From: an uncultured virus (IMG/VR IMGVR_UViG_3300038679_000356)
Taxonomy: Duplodnaviria; Heunggongvirae; Uroviricota; Caudoviricetes
Direction: 5' to 3' (one strand)
IMG/VR virus record: IMGVR_UViG_3300038679_000356
DNA length: 64,000 nt
A program made the position numbers and the translations under genes. The notes under the pieces were generated by a model. The model had not been told where the DNA came from, ran no database searches, and was given only the letters and a program-made list of their open reading frames with translations. Positions 29,301-36,927 of the stretch are shown piece by piece (position 1 is the first letter of the stretch; every line of letters starts with the position of its first letter).

Positions 29301-30454
29301 TAGCCGCACTCTTCGCAGGCAACTTCTTTTGATTCATAGGAAGTTTGCGGGCTCCAGTATGCATTCGACTCAGACGGATCGGTAAGGCAGCAGTCTTTTG
29401 GTCTCAAACAACATTTGATATGAGCCCGCCATTGAGTATTCTCTGAGTCTTTATCATACCAAATAAATTGTCCACATATTTCATGAGTAGCGTCTGGTCC
29501 ACAATTATAGATATCATTACATGTCATTTCAAGATCGGTTCCCGCCATGTCGTTTTCTGCTTCTTGGCGAGTTGAATAATCTTCAAAATCAGCCGTATGA
29601 CATGATTCACACCCAGGACTGTCCACACACAGTGGCTCAGGATCAGAAACACCACAAACCCGACGAGTAAATGGAGATAGAGTTGGAGTAGGAAGAGAAA
29701 CGATTCGGCATAATGTCAAATCTCCGCCGATAGGTCCATATTTACTTTTTACGAGTATTGTTGAGCCAGGGGGACCAATTTCATTTTCGACATTCGACCA
29801 AATACAATTTCCATCTATTAGAAAATATCCCCATCTATAACTTCCAGACCCACAGAAAAACAGTCCGCCTTCAACTTTGAAATCCATTTCACTGCCAGTG
29901 TACTCCCAAACTGGACCTTGACCTCCACATGCTGTACAAGCATCTTCTAAGGTTGCATATCCATTTGTTAATACCCAATGTCCACCGAAATCAGAGGGAG
30001 GATCGGTAGGGCAACATGTATCGTCATCATCATTGTCTCCATCATCTGGTGGTGGATATGGAGAAGGGGGGTACGGAGGTGGTGGTTCTGTTGGCGGGAA
30101 AATAGGGGGGTTCGTTGGGTCGTCGATAGTCATTGATGATGACGACGATGCAACAGTGCTGCTGGAACTGCTGTACAAATGACTGCTGCTAGAACTACTG
30201 CTATATGGATGACTACTACTAGAACTACTACTATTTGAGTTGCTACTGTTTGATTTACTACTGGAGCTACTGTTAGAAAAACTTCCCGAGCTACTTGGTT
30301 CAATGGCGCAGTCTTCGCACGTTTCTACGATAAGATTTGGGTTTCCTGGATGATCAGGCTGTCCGGGTACGTTCGCCTGCAGGAGATAGTAACATTCGTT
30401 ACCTATCCTGATTACAGGACCGTAATTCGTTCCTAGCCGTATTGTAGAAGTCAT
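26315..30454 (-). CDS. 1379-aa Cys-rich, acidic, multi-repeat protein with Ser linkers
   Basis: Six ~100-aa C-x-x-DP..W...Y.....AC..C...C...C.W...CR repeats plus three other duplicated Cys modules. Confidence 0.8.
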   Translation of the reverse strand: MTSTIRLGTNYGPVIRIGNECYYLLQANVPGQPDHPGNPNLIVETCEDCAIEPSSSGSFSNSSSSSKSNSSNSNSSSSSSSHPYSSSSSSSHLYSSSSSTVASSSSSMTIDDPTNPPIFPPTEPPPPYPPSPYPPPDDGDNDDDDTCCPTDPPSDFGGHWVLTNGYATLEDACTACGGQGPVWEYTGSEMDFKVEGGLFFCGSGSYRWGYFLIDGNCIWSNVENEIGPPGSTILVKSKYGPIGGDLTLCRIVSLPTPTLSPFTRRVCGVSDPEPLCVDSPGCESCHTADFEDYSTRQEAENDMAGTDLEMTCNDIYNCGPDATHEICGQFIWYDKDSENTQWRAHIKCCLRPKDCCLTDPSESNAYWSPQTSYESKEVACEECGYCDVYSFVFDGNTYYWCNEFPTFDYFEVNDDGCTWESGVEGIITGFTGDVTSTYEIGGETYTCRTFEVTAPSIDPVKEACYCENDPPENDEYWTIAEGYPDKETACEECGIVGAIPVYKLSVGSSERYFCSSTPSSVGLSYTWDDEESECEWVSESLVEPGEASDVHGKRYGDGFICRTVQLIAPTPSVSEEVCCCGDDPTGDSSNWNVKGGYSTLAAACEVCCEPEKMDGYNYWFCDRNNLRWEYVEDNGTCTWTSAYVASDTVTDIDSIINSTEEPCRTVTLSSPSEPNWISQNCCPDDPLDSQSYWTPQGGYSSKSGACAVCAEPFKLDGYEKWYCDKNIFWTYSYDDGTCTWASTSSIPDGEAGTIRSTVNEGGLQCRSVQLTPSASWSDDPCETLCLYNWSVAYDCVSDSWSEISREGAECIDSSLCESSNHDWKFEGKEGELCIYSYAECNVGTPPCVGGDDCVNWPAGPDLPTDLTECVCSSSSSSSNSSSSSNSSSSSNSSSLSLSSSSLSSSSYSSSSYSSSSYSSSSYSSSSYSSSSYSSSGEITEQYYCLNVWVGPGDPCTNPGDRSFLILGCYAGSECTPNPPVAGGCVDLPGYIDEVVCGPFEGDCPPACECPSSSSSSSAAAECCPTDPPDTDSQWNPGGDYYLDKETACENCTNPFLLEGWGVWYCDQGTLDWAYFWYDEEADCTWSGGYIGSGENLTVDGLSESGTEFCRSVVRTAPSPNWTEDPCYSPENCSDGGENCIDGGFMDSYDSYSECAAAKSILCVDSYCQSWGWTSSCGGTCNEYEGLWYLNCCCSEAVSSSSSSGSQSFDCYGYRAWLAAWYGCPDGGWQLTDEVFTEEGENPYNEGWNFYQDEPDYCHAVYTVNLAADIGEYETCTQALGATGSYTPPSFDGLQDCVCGYVDPDATYCVISRLWYEMGGATGCWTTIPQETQGCVSGFDIIAAGGFNACQYIPGLGYASYEYVSGPYTNYNTCANACSG
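27691..27742. repeat. 15-nt tandem repeat AACTGCTACTACTGT (encodes YSSSS on the minus strand)
   Basis: Three perfect units plus degenerate flanking copies. Confidence 0.85.
27774..27836. repeat. 18-nt tandem repeat CTCGATGAATTTGAAGAA (encodes SSNSSS-type units)
   Basis: 3.5 perfect units. Confidence 0.85.
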
Positions 30455-30455
30455 G

Positions 30456-30501
30456 CAGGTTGTACCAATGGTTTGAGTCTATCATTCCATTGTACAACCT
30501 G
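30456..30501 (-). promoter_or_regulatory. Long hairpin ending 1 nt before the start codon of 26315..30454
   Basis: CAGGTTGTACCAATGG / CCATTGTACAACCTG: 15-bp stem with one bulge. Confidence 0.6.
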
Positions 30502-30518
30502 GAGATCCTTTAAGGAAT

Positions 30519-31070
30519 TTATTTCATATCAGGACGGTTATTGGCTGACATATTATCCATGTCGCGATTAAAATCAAATGTTGCTGCAATTAACTGCAAA
30601 TTATTACGAAGATGAGAACGTGTATTGCACTCTTTGACATAATTTGGATACTTTTTTCTATAAACTTCAGATTTAGCATCTTCGTCAACAATAGAAGCAA
30701 AAACTGGAGATATTTTTCGAATTTCTTCCAATCCAATCAACCTATCTTTTTCTGTTTTTCCGTTAAGATATAGATTGACCAATGTACTACAATTAAACCT
30801 ATATTTTTTTTCAGTGATTTTCATGAACAAAAGCGTCATTTCAGCGGTAATTCGCTTACCGTATACAATTCGAGATAGTAGCAGTTTTACCGCCCCCTTA
30901 GAATCATTTTTTTGAACCAGAATCTTTGCCTCTTTCAGAATTGCGTCATTTTCCGCATCTTGTTTTGCATCCAAAGCAGCTTGATCGACCTCTGGTGATT
31001 GAGGAACCTGAGCGTTGGAAATGGTGATGGTGGCAAACAGAAGACAGAGCACGAGAAACAACCGAGTCAT
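30519..31070 (-). CDS. Secreted/periplasmic hypothetical protein
   Basis: Signal peptide MTRLFLVLCLLFATITISNA. Confidence 0.7.
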   Translation of the reverse strand: MTRLFLVLCLLFATITISNAQVPQSPEVDQAALDAKQDAENDAILKEAKILVQKNDSKGAVKLLLSRIVYGKRITAEMTLLFMKITEKKYRFNCSTLVNLYLNGKTEKDRLIGLEEIRKISPVFASIVDEDAKSEVYRKKYPNYVKECNTRSHLRNNLQLIAATFDFNRDMDNMSANNRPDMK

Positions 31071-31112
31071 AATTTCTCTCCTTGGTTTGTTGTTTTAGGA
31101 TGGACAACTAAC

Positions 31113-31140
31113 AATATATTCTAATTTAAATAAAAGTCAA
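31113..31140 (-). promoter_or_regulatory. Promoter TTGACT-N16-TATATT
   Basis: The -35 box contains the TGA stop of 31137..31391. Confidence 0.75.
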
Positions 31141-31391
31141 TAGACATATTCCAGTATTTTGCCAAATTGGTTTGAGGTTGGATCGACAATTTCTCCAGCG
31201 ACTCCAACAAGCCACCAATGAGTGTACCATTTGCCATCGTTTCCCGACAAAACATGCCCACATTGCCGAATCAATTCTGGGAACTGGTCGCCCATCTCGA
31301 TTGCTGCTTCACGGCATTTTCCTGCGGTGTTACCAGTGCGCCGCCGATACATGTTGATCCATTCGGAATATTCTTTTGGAAGTTCGCTCAT
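31137..31391 (-). CDS. Minimal transglutaminase-like Cys-His-Asp protein
   Basis: AGKCREAA...THWWLV...EIVDPTSNQF. Confidence 0.55.
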   Translation of the reverse strand: MSELPKEYSEWINMYRRRTGNTAGKCREAAIEMGDQFPELIRQCGHVLSGNDGKWYTHWWLVGVAGEIVDPTSNQFGKILEYVY

Positions 31392-31945
31392 TTTTCAAGA
31401 TATGAAATCTGGATTGGAGGTCTGACTCCGATAGAGTTTTGGATTGCTGCCTCAATGGCAATTGATAAGCGTTTTTCTGGCTTAATTCGATACCCTTCGA
31501 GAGCGTACATAGCGCCTAAAGCGTATGAAGATCCACTTCCGATACTGCAATATGGTTTATCCTCGATTGCTACTTGGAAGTCACTATCGATATGATACAA
31601 CATACCACGATAGGCGACGACAAGTAAAAATTGACCAAGACTAGCGCAACCGTTGTCATTTGATAGAGATTTTGAATCATCGAATTTTTCAACTAGGTAA
31701 TCCACGAAAGTGGTGCATAGGAACTCGTGATCTTCTTGAAATTTTTGTTGATGTGGGATGTCATCGACATACCTTAGTATTTGACCCATGCGATAGGAAC
31801 CCGCAAAACCAAATAGCATGTCTTTAACGGCAAAAACTTTGCCATCCTTCCTGATTGAGACGCAATCGCCATCGGAAGCCGCCGAGTCTGCGGCGATATA
31901 GACTCGTGAAGTTGATTTATCGATATATCCAACCACACATGTCAT
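31388..31945 (-). CDS. Ntn-hydrolase (HslV/proteasome-beta-like) protease
   Basis: MTCVVG (N-terminal Thr nucleophile; GGAGG RBS), IAADS, K, FGFAGS, SIGSGS.YALGAM. Confidence 0.85.
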   Translation of the reverse strand: MTCVVGYIDKSTSRVYIAADSAASDGDCVSIRKDGKVFAVKDMLFGFAGSYRMGQILRYVDDIPHQQKFQEDHEFLCTTFVDYLVEKFDDSKSLSNDNGCASLGQFLLVVAYRGMLYHIDSDFQVAIEDKPYCSIGSGSSYALGAMYALEGYRIKPEKRLSIAIEAAIQNSIGVRPPIQISYLEK

Positions 31946-32197
31946 GGCGACCTCCATTCAGGCAAAAATAACCATGCTTGAATATGGTTCTTTACTCCAA
32001 AAAATGCTTAGTCTCCTCTCATGGAAACCCATACAAAATCAACCAACCACCCAACTGTGGAATTATTTTCCCATAGAGACAATGTAGTCGTTATTATGGA
32101 GACAATTTTTCCTCAACGAGACTTCTTCTACGCTCGACGAATAGTCCCTGGCATTCAAAATGCTATCCCTCAGCACATAATCGAGAGGAGAGGGAAA

Positions 32198-32431
32198 ATG
32201 AAGACAGCAATCATATTGTTCATGATGGCGGCATCGGCATTCAGTGCGGAAAGCAGAATCTCAAAAATCGTCAGAGTGATGAATACGTCCGACAAAGAGA
32301 CTTCCATAAAATGTGTGGAAATTTTGTCAAAAGAATTGAAAGAAGAGAAAGAAAGGACGGCGGATGAGATCCAGCGTTTAAAGGAGGAAATAACACTATT
32401 GAAAAAAGATGGTTTTATTGCTTCAAAGTAG
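32198..32431 (+). CDS. Small secreted coiled-coil protein
   Basis: MKTAIILFMMAASAFSA signal peptide; GGAGAGGG RBS. Confidence 0.55.
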   Translation: MKTAIILFMMAASAFSAESRISKIVRVMNTSDKETSIKCVEILSKELKEEKERTADEIQRLKEEITLLKKDGFIASK

Positions 32432-32487
32432 GGAAAAGGGGATGCTTCGTGGAATTCCTCATCATAACGATATAGGAATCCCAACAT

Positions 32488-35427
32488 ATGTCAGAAAAAA
32501 TCATCCTCTTTGGCGAAGATATCCTGAAACGCAACAGTGACGGTAATCTTACTTACGCTGGACGTAAAATTCTTGATGACGAAAACGCACGCTTTGCCGA
32601 TCTCCATGATGTAAATATTCCCTCTGAAATATCTTCTCTTGATTCCGATAAAATCATCAAAGCAAATTACATTTCAGCCACGCCGTATGGAGATGCATCA
32701 TTAGGTAATGTTACCCTATCTTCTCCTGGTCCAATCAACTACTATACCGATTTGATTGCTGATGTTGGGGTCGGCGAAACCGTACTTCCAGTAAGTAATG
32801 CAACAAGTTTTGTGGGAGTTACCCAGGTACTTGTTCATCAAACGCAAAATTACAGATGGCATAACAACACGTCTGACCCTACCGAAAGTAGGATGAAGTA
32901 TGAAATAAGGAATGTGCTTGGCGTCGATGTGGGAAATAATTTGATCGTCCTTGCCGATCCATTGAATACAGCGTATAAATCAGACTCCAATGGAAACAAA
33001 AAGTTTAACACAAAAACACAGATCGTATCTGTTCCGCAATACAATACTCTGACTATAAACGCCTCTCTTTCGTGTAAGGCATGGGATGGATATTCTGGTG
33101 GAATAATTGTTTTTCGTGCTCGCGTATTGAGCGGTAACTCATCCATTAATGTGACTGGATTGGGATTCCGTGGGATAATGACTCCACACGCATATGGAGC
33201 TGGTGAAGGGTGGGATGGATTAGGTGATACGTCATACAATCGAGGTGGTGGTCAAGGTAATGAGGTAGGCGGTTGGAATTATGCCTCTGGTGGACACCAT
33301 GGCGCTGGTGGATCGGTAGGCAATGGCGTAGGTGGTGTCAGTTATGGTTTGGATGATGCGGATTTGGAAACATACCTGACGCTTGGTGGCGCAGGTTGGT
33401 CTGATGCCAGCGCCAACGCCGCCGGAGCTGTGTTAGCCTTCGTAGAATCGTTTTCAACATGGTCAGGATCGTGGATTGCGGAAGGAACGATTGTTGGCGT
33501 GCGAGGCGGTGGTGCTGGTGGTTCGATATTGATCTACACCCCAACCAATCAAGTTCCCAACATCGGTTATGTTTCTGTAGCTGGCGCAGGAACAGCACCA
33601 TATGGCTCTGCTGTTGGCTATCAATTAACAACTCAACCTACGGAAGAACCGGTAAAACAATATGTTCTTGGACAGAAGGTAAGTGCTATATTAGATGCAG
33701 ATAAAGATACAGAAATCCCCACGTCCAAGGGGGTAGCTACATTTGCTCTTGCTCGTGATGGATCTAATTCAATTACCGGAAATCTTATTCCAGACACAGC
33801 AGGAACCAGAGACCTTGGAAGCTCTGAAAAACCATTTCGAGATATCTATGCTTCGGAAGGAAGTATATACCTTGGGGAAAAAGCAATTTCCATTGTTGAT
33901 GACAATATCCACAAAAGTGGTGAAAAAGTCTTGGATACTGGAAATGCATTGTTTGCCGATATTCGAGATGTAAATATTCCGACCACACTTATTCAAGCTG
34001 ACAATAATAAAGTTTTGAAGGCAACGTTTGAAGTAGAGAACGTATATGGTGACGAATCAGATGGAGACGTAACAGTTTCTGGAACCGAAATCATCAATTC
34101 ATATACCGATTTGATTTCCGATGCTTCTGTTGGCGCTACGACTATTTATGTTCGAGATTCATCTGGTTTTCAGGCTGGTAACGAAATACTTATCATCACT
34201 TCGCAGATTTATCGACAAACAACTGTAGATAACCTTGGGTTGTATGAGTTCGCTACAATAGCCGAGGTTCCTACCTCCGCTCAAATCATTCTTTCTGGTG
34301 GTTTGTCGAGAACTTATCTATCTGACGCCAATGGCAATAAAAGCAACAATACAAAAACTCAGATAGTTAAGGTTCCTCAATACGGAACGTTAAATGTATC
34401 TGGAACTATCACCGCTAAACAGTGGGATGGCTACTCGGGTGGCGTCATTGCATTCATGGCAAAAGATCTTGTGGGAAGTGGTTCCATTAGCGTAAAAGGG
34501 AAGGGATATCGAGGGGGAGCGGTAAGCGCCCAGGATGGAGAAGGATGGTTTGGGTCTGATCCCAATGAAGCGGCACAGGGATCTGGACAAGGTCCTGGGG
34601 GAAGTCCGCAATCTTCTGGTGGTGGTGGTCATCTTAATAATGGTTCGGCGGGATCATACGGTGCATATTATGGACTTGCGTATGGATTAACTGTCGATCA
34701 AGTTGAAACTAATATTACGTTTGGTGGCGCTGGTGGAGCCGCTAATGCCAACAATTGGGGTGCTGGAGGAAATAGCGGTGGCATAATTTTTACATACATA
34801 CAAGATCCATCGGTTTTCAACGGTGCTCTTGATGCAAGAGGAAATGATGGTGTTCCTAATTCTGGCGGAAATGGTGGACCTGGCGCTGGTGGAAGCATCC
34901 TCATTTATCATGACACTGTCGTGAGTTCCACGTTGAATGTTCAAGGCGGCGCAGTAACGGGAACTGGCTCGGTAGGGAGAAGCAAGCAAACATCTCCTTC
35001 TCCCGCAACAACCAGACAGTATGAACTCGGCGCGAAAATTTCCACTTCGCTCGACAAAACGAAGGATACGGAAATTCCAACGTCAAAGGCGGTTGCCGCC
35101 TACTGCCTTCTTCCGATGCCTCCTATCACCGTAGACGTCGCGTCAAGAGGATTAACATCAGAAGATTCCGGTCATATTCTCGACACTATCTATGCCGACG
35201 GGACGGTGACGTATTCGATTGATGTAGGTGTGATGGCGCAATATGACGAATTCATCATCAATCGCCTTACCGTTCAATCTGTTTTAGTTTCATCGGCGAC
35301 TGGTGTCACAATTAACGGAATCGATGGAGCGACCATAGAAATTACAGATCAGTTTGGAATGATCACCATTCGAATGTACGGACCGAATAACGCGCAGGTA
35401 ATCGGCAACTTTACGACGGTGATCTGA
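32488..35427 (+). CDS. Tail fibre with two ~370-aa Gly-rich-ended repeats, a shaft motif and a C-terminal gp10-like domain
   Basis: YGD.S.G.VT...YTDL..D...SD.NGNK..NTKTQIV.VPQY...WDGYSGG twice; GNLIPD...DLGS.EKPFRDIY. Confidence 0.8.
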   Translation: MSEKIILFGEDILKRNSDGNLTYAGRKILDDENARFADLHDVNIPSEISSLDSDKIIKANYISATPYGDASLGNVTLSSPGPINYYTDLIADVGVGETVLPVSNATSFVGVTQVLVHQTQNYRWHNNTSDPTESRMKYEIRNVLGVDVGNNLIVLADPLNTAYKSDSNGNKKFNTKTQIVSVPQYNTLTINASLSCKAWDGYSGGIIVFRARVLSGNSSINVTGLGFRGIMTPHAYGAGEGWDGLGDTSYNRGGGQGNEVGGWNYASGGHHGAGGSVGNGVGGVSYGLDDADLETYLTLGGAGWSDASANAAGAVLAFVESFSTWSGSWIAEGTIVGVRGGGAGGSILIYTPTNQVPNIGYVSVAGAGTAPYGSAVGYQLTTQPTEEPVKQYVLGQKVSAILDADKDTEIPTSKGVATFALARDGSNSITGNLIPDTAGTRDLGSSEKPFRDIYASEGSIYLGEKAISIVDDNIHKSGEKVLDTGNALFADIRDVNIPTTLIQADNNKVLKATFEVENVYGDESDGDVTVSGTEIINSYTDLISDASVGATTIYVRDSSGFQAGNEILIITSQIYRQTTVDNLGLYEFATIAEVPTSAQIILSGGLSRTYLSDANGNKSNNTKTQIVKVPQYGTLNVSGTITAKQWDGYSGGVIAFMAKDLVGSGSISVKGKGYRGGAVSAQDGEGWFGSDPNEAAQGSGQGPGGSPQSSGGGGHLNNGSAGSYGAYYGLAYGLTVDQVETNITFGGAGGAANANNWGAGGNSGGIIFTYIQDPSVFNGALDARGNDGVPNSGGNGGPGAGGSILIYHDTVVSSTLNVQGGAVTGTGSVGRSKQTSPSPATTRQYELGAKISTSLDKTKDTEIPTSKAVAAYCLLPMPPITVDVASRGLTSEDSGHILDTIYADGTVTYSIDVGVMAQYDEFIINRLTVQSVLVSSATGVTINGIDGATIEITDQFGMITIRMYGPNNAQVIGNFTTVI

Positions 35428-36917
35428 TGATTAGGGCGACGACATATGGGATCATCGCCTCCACACGTGGATTGCATCCAACTCCAAGTAGCTCGTCAAG
35501 TTCATCGAGCTTATCAAGTCTATCTAACTCGTTAAGTTTATCAAGCTTATCAAGTTCTAGCAGTTCGTCAAGCTTGTCAAGCAGTAGCTCGTCTAGTCTA
35601 TCATCCAGCTCATTAAGCGGTAATTCATCAAGTTCCAGTGGCTCTTTTATTTTATCCAGCTCATCCAGCAGCACTAGCGCCAATCCGTATATTAAACATT
35701 GCTGGTGTTTGATAAACAGGTATGGTCTCGGTCCGTCAGAATATGACGTCTTCTCCTCGGGGTGCGATTATCTCGTTGACATCCAGTTGTTCCCAGATTA
35801 TCCGAAGGTGGCGTACGTTAATAGATATTCCATTGGAGTTGACGCAGTAACATACGTTTATAGCGATATCCCGACTTGCAACACTGGCGATGAATGTTTT
35901 GAAGGGGTCGGTTTCTGCAGTAATATGTTTGATCCATCATCAAGTTCATCAGGATTATTAAGCTCATCGTCGAGTTCTTATAGTTCACTCAGCTTATCAT
36001 CCAGTTCATTAAGTAGTAATTCATCAAGTTCGTTAAGTTTGTCACTCAGCCTATCATTAAGTTCGTCCAGTTTGTCTTCCAGTAGTTCTGCTGGATCTAC
36101 CACGATTGGGTTTATTGTATCTGGTTCCTCATTCTACGACAATCCAAATGGATTGTATTGCGAAATCGGAACTTATAAAGCGCACCCACTCTACCATTAT
36201 AACAGTGGTAGCGCTGACTTCTATATTTATTGGGATGACACTTGTACTGGTTATGGCTACGTTGGACCGACCTGGTGGATTGGATACACTGGCTACGGCG
36301 AAGACTACGGCTGCCCAGCAGCTATCGACTACGTTGATGGATCTTCTGCACTACCGCCAACAGGTCTTTGGAGTTATGACGCGACATTAACACAGACCAC
36401 ATGTGGCGCTACATCGAGCAGCTCAAGTTCATTAAGCAGCAGTTCATTAAGCAGTAATTCATCCAGTTTATTGAGCTTGTCCTCCAGTTCATTTAGTTTA
36501 TTAAGCTCATCGAGTTTGTCGAGTTCGTCGTCCAGTTCTTTAAGCTCATCAAATAGCAGTAGTTCTTCCAGTAGTTCATCTAATTCCAGCAGCTCGTTGA
36601 GCAGTTCCTCATTTTCAAGTAGCTCGTTAAGCAGCTCAAGTAGATCCAGCAGTAGTTCGTCCAGCAGTAGTTCGTCCAACAGTTCGTCAAGTTCAAGTAG
36701 TTCGAGCAGTTCGTCGAGTAATTCCAGCAGCTCATCGTCACTAACTTATGAACAAACCATTTCCTATATCTGGACAGGCAACCTTCAACCGACACCACGT
36801 GAACTAGATGTGGATGGTGGCACGCCCACTACCACTAATTATGAAACAGATTTTTATGGCGGAACGCCAAGTGATACCGAACAAATTATTAACCTAGACG
36901 GCGGCGGCCCGCTGTAA
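35427..36917 (+). CDS. Ser-rich protein with GIIAS N-terminus and C-terminal DGG repeats
   Basis: MIRATTYGIIAST; three Ser tracts; ends VDGGTP..FYGGTP..LDGGGP. Confidence 0.75.
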   Translation: MIRATTYGIIASTRGLHPTPSSSSSSSSLSSLSNSLSLSSLSSSSSSSSLSSSSSSSLSSSSLSGNSSSSSGSFILSSSSSSTSANPYIKHCWCLINRYGLGPSEYDVFSSGCDYLVDIQLFPDYPKVAYVNRYSIGVDAVTYVYSDIPTCNTGDECFEGVGFCSNMFDPSSSSSGLLSSSSSSYSSLSLSSSSLSSNSSSSLSLSLSLSLSSSSLSSSSSAGSTTIGFIVSGSSFYDNPNGLYCEIGTYKAHPLYHYNSGSADFYIYWDDTCTGYGYVGPTWWIGYTGYGEDYGCPAAIDYVDGSSALPPTGLWSYDATLTQTTCGATSSSSSSLSSSSLSSNSSSLLSLSSSSFSLLSSSSLSSSSSSSLSSSNSSSSSSSSSNSSSSLSSSSFSSSSLSSSSRSSSSSSSSSSSNSSSSSSSSSSSSSNSSSSSSLTYEQTISYIWTGNLQPTPRELDVDGGTPTTTNYETDFYGGTPSDTEQIINLDGGGPL

Positions 36918-36927
36918 GGAGTGGAAT

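Noticed and set aside
25616..36679. Antisense ORFs rich in LLLDELDEL (25616..25897, 35411..35683, 36374..36679)
   Set aside because: These are the expected shadow translation of poly-Ser codons; the Ser frame links into recognisable domains.
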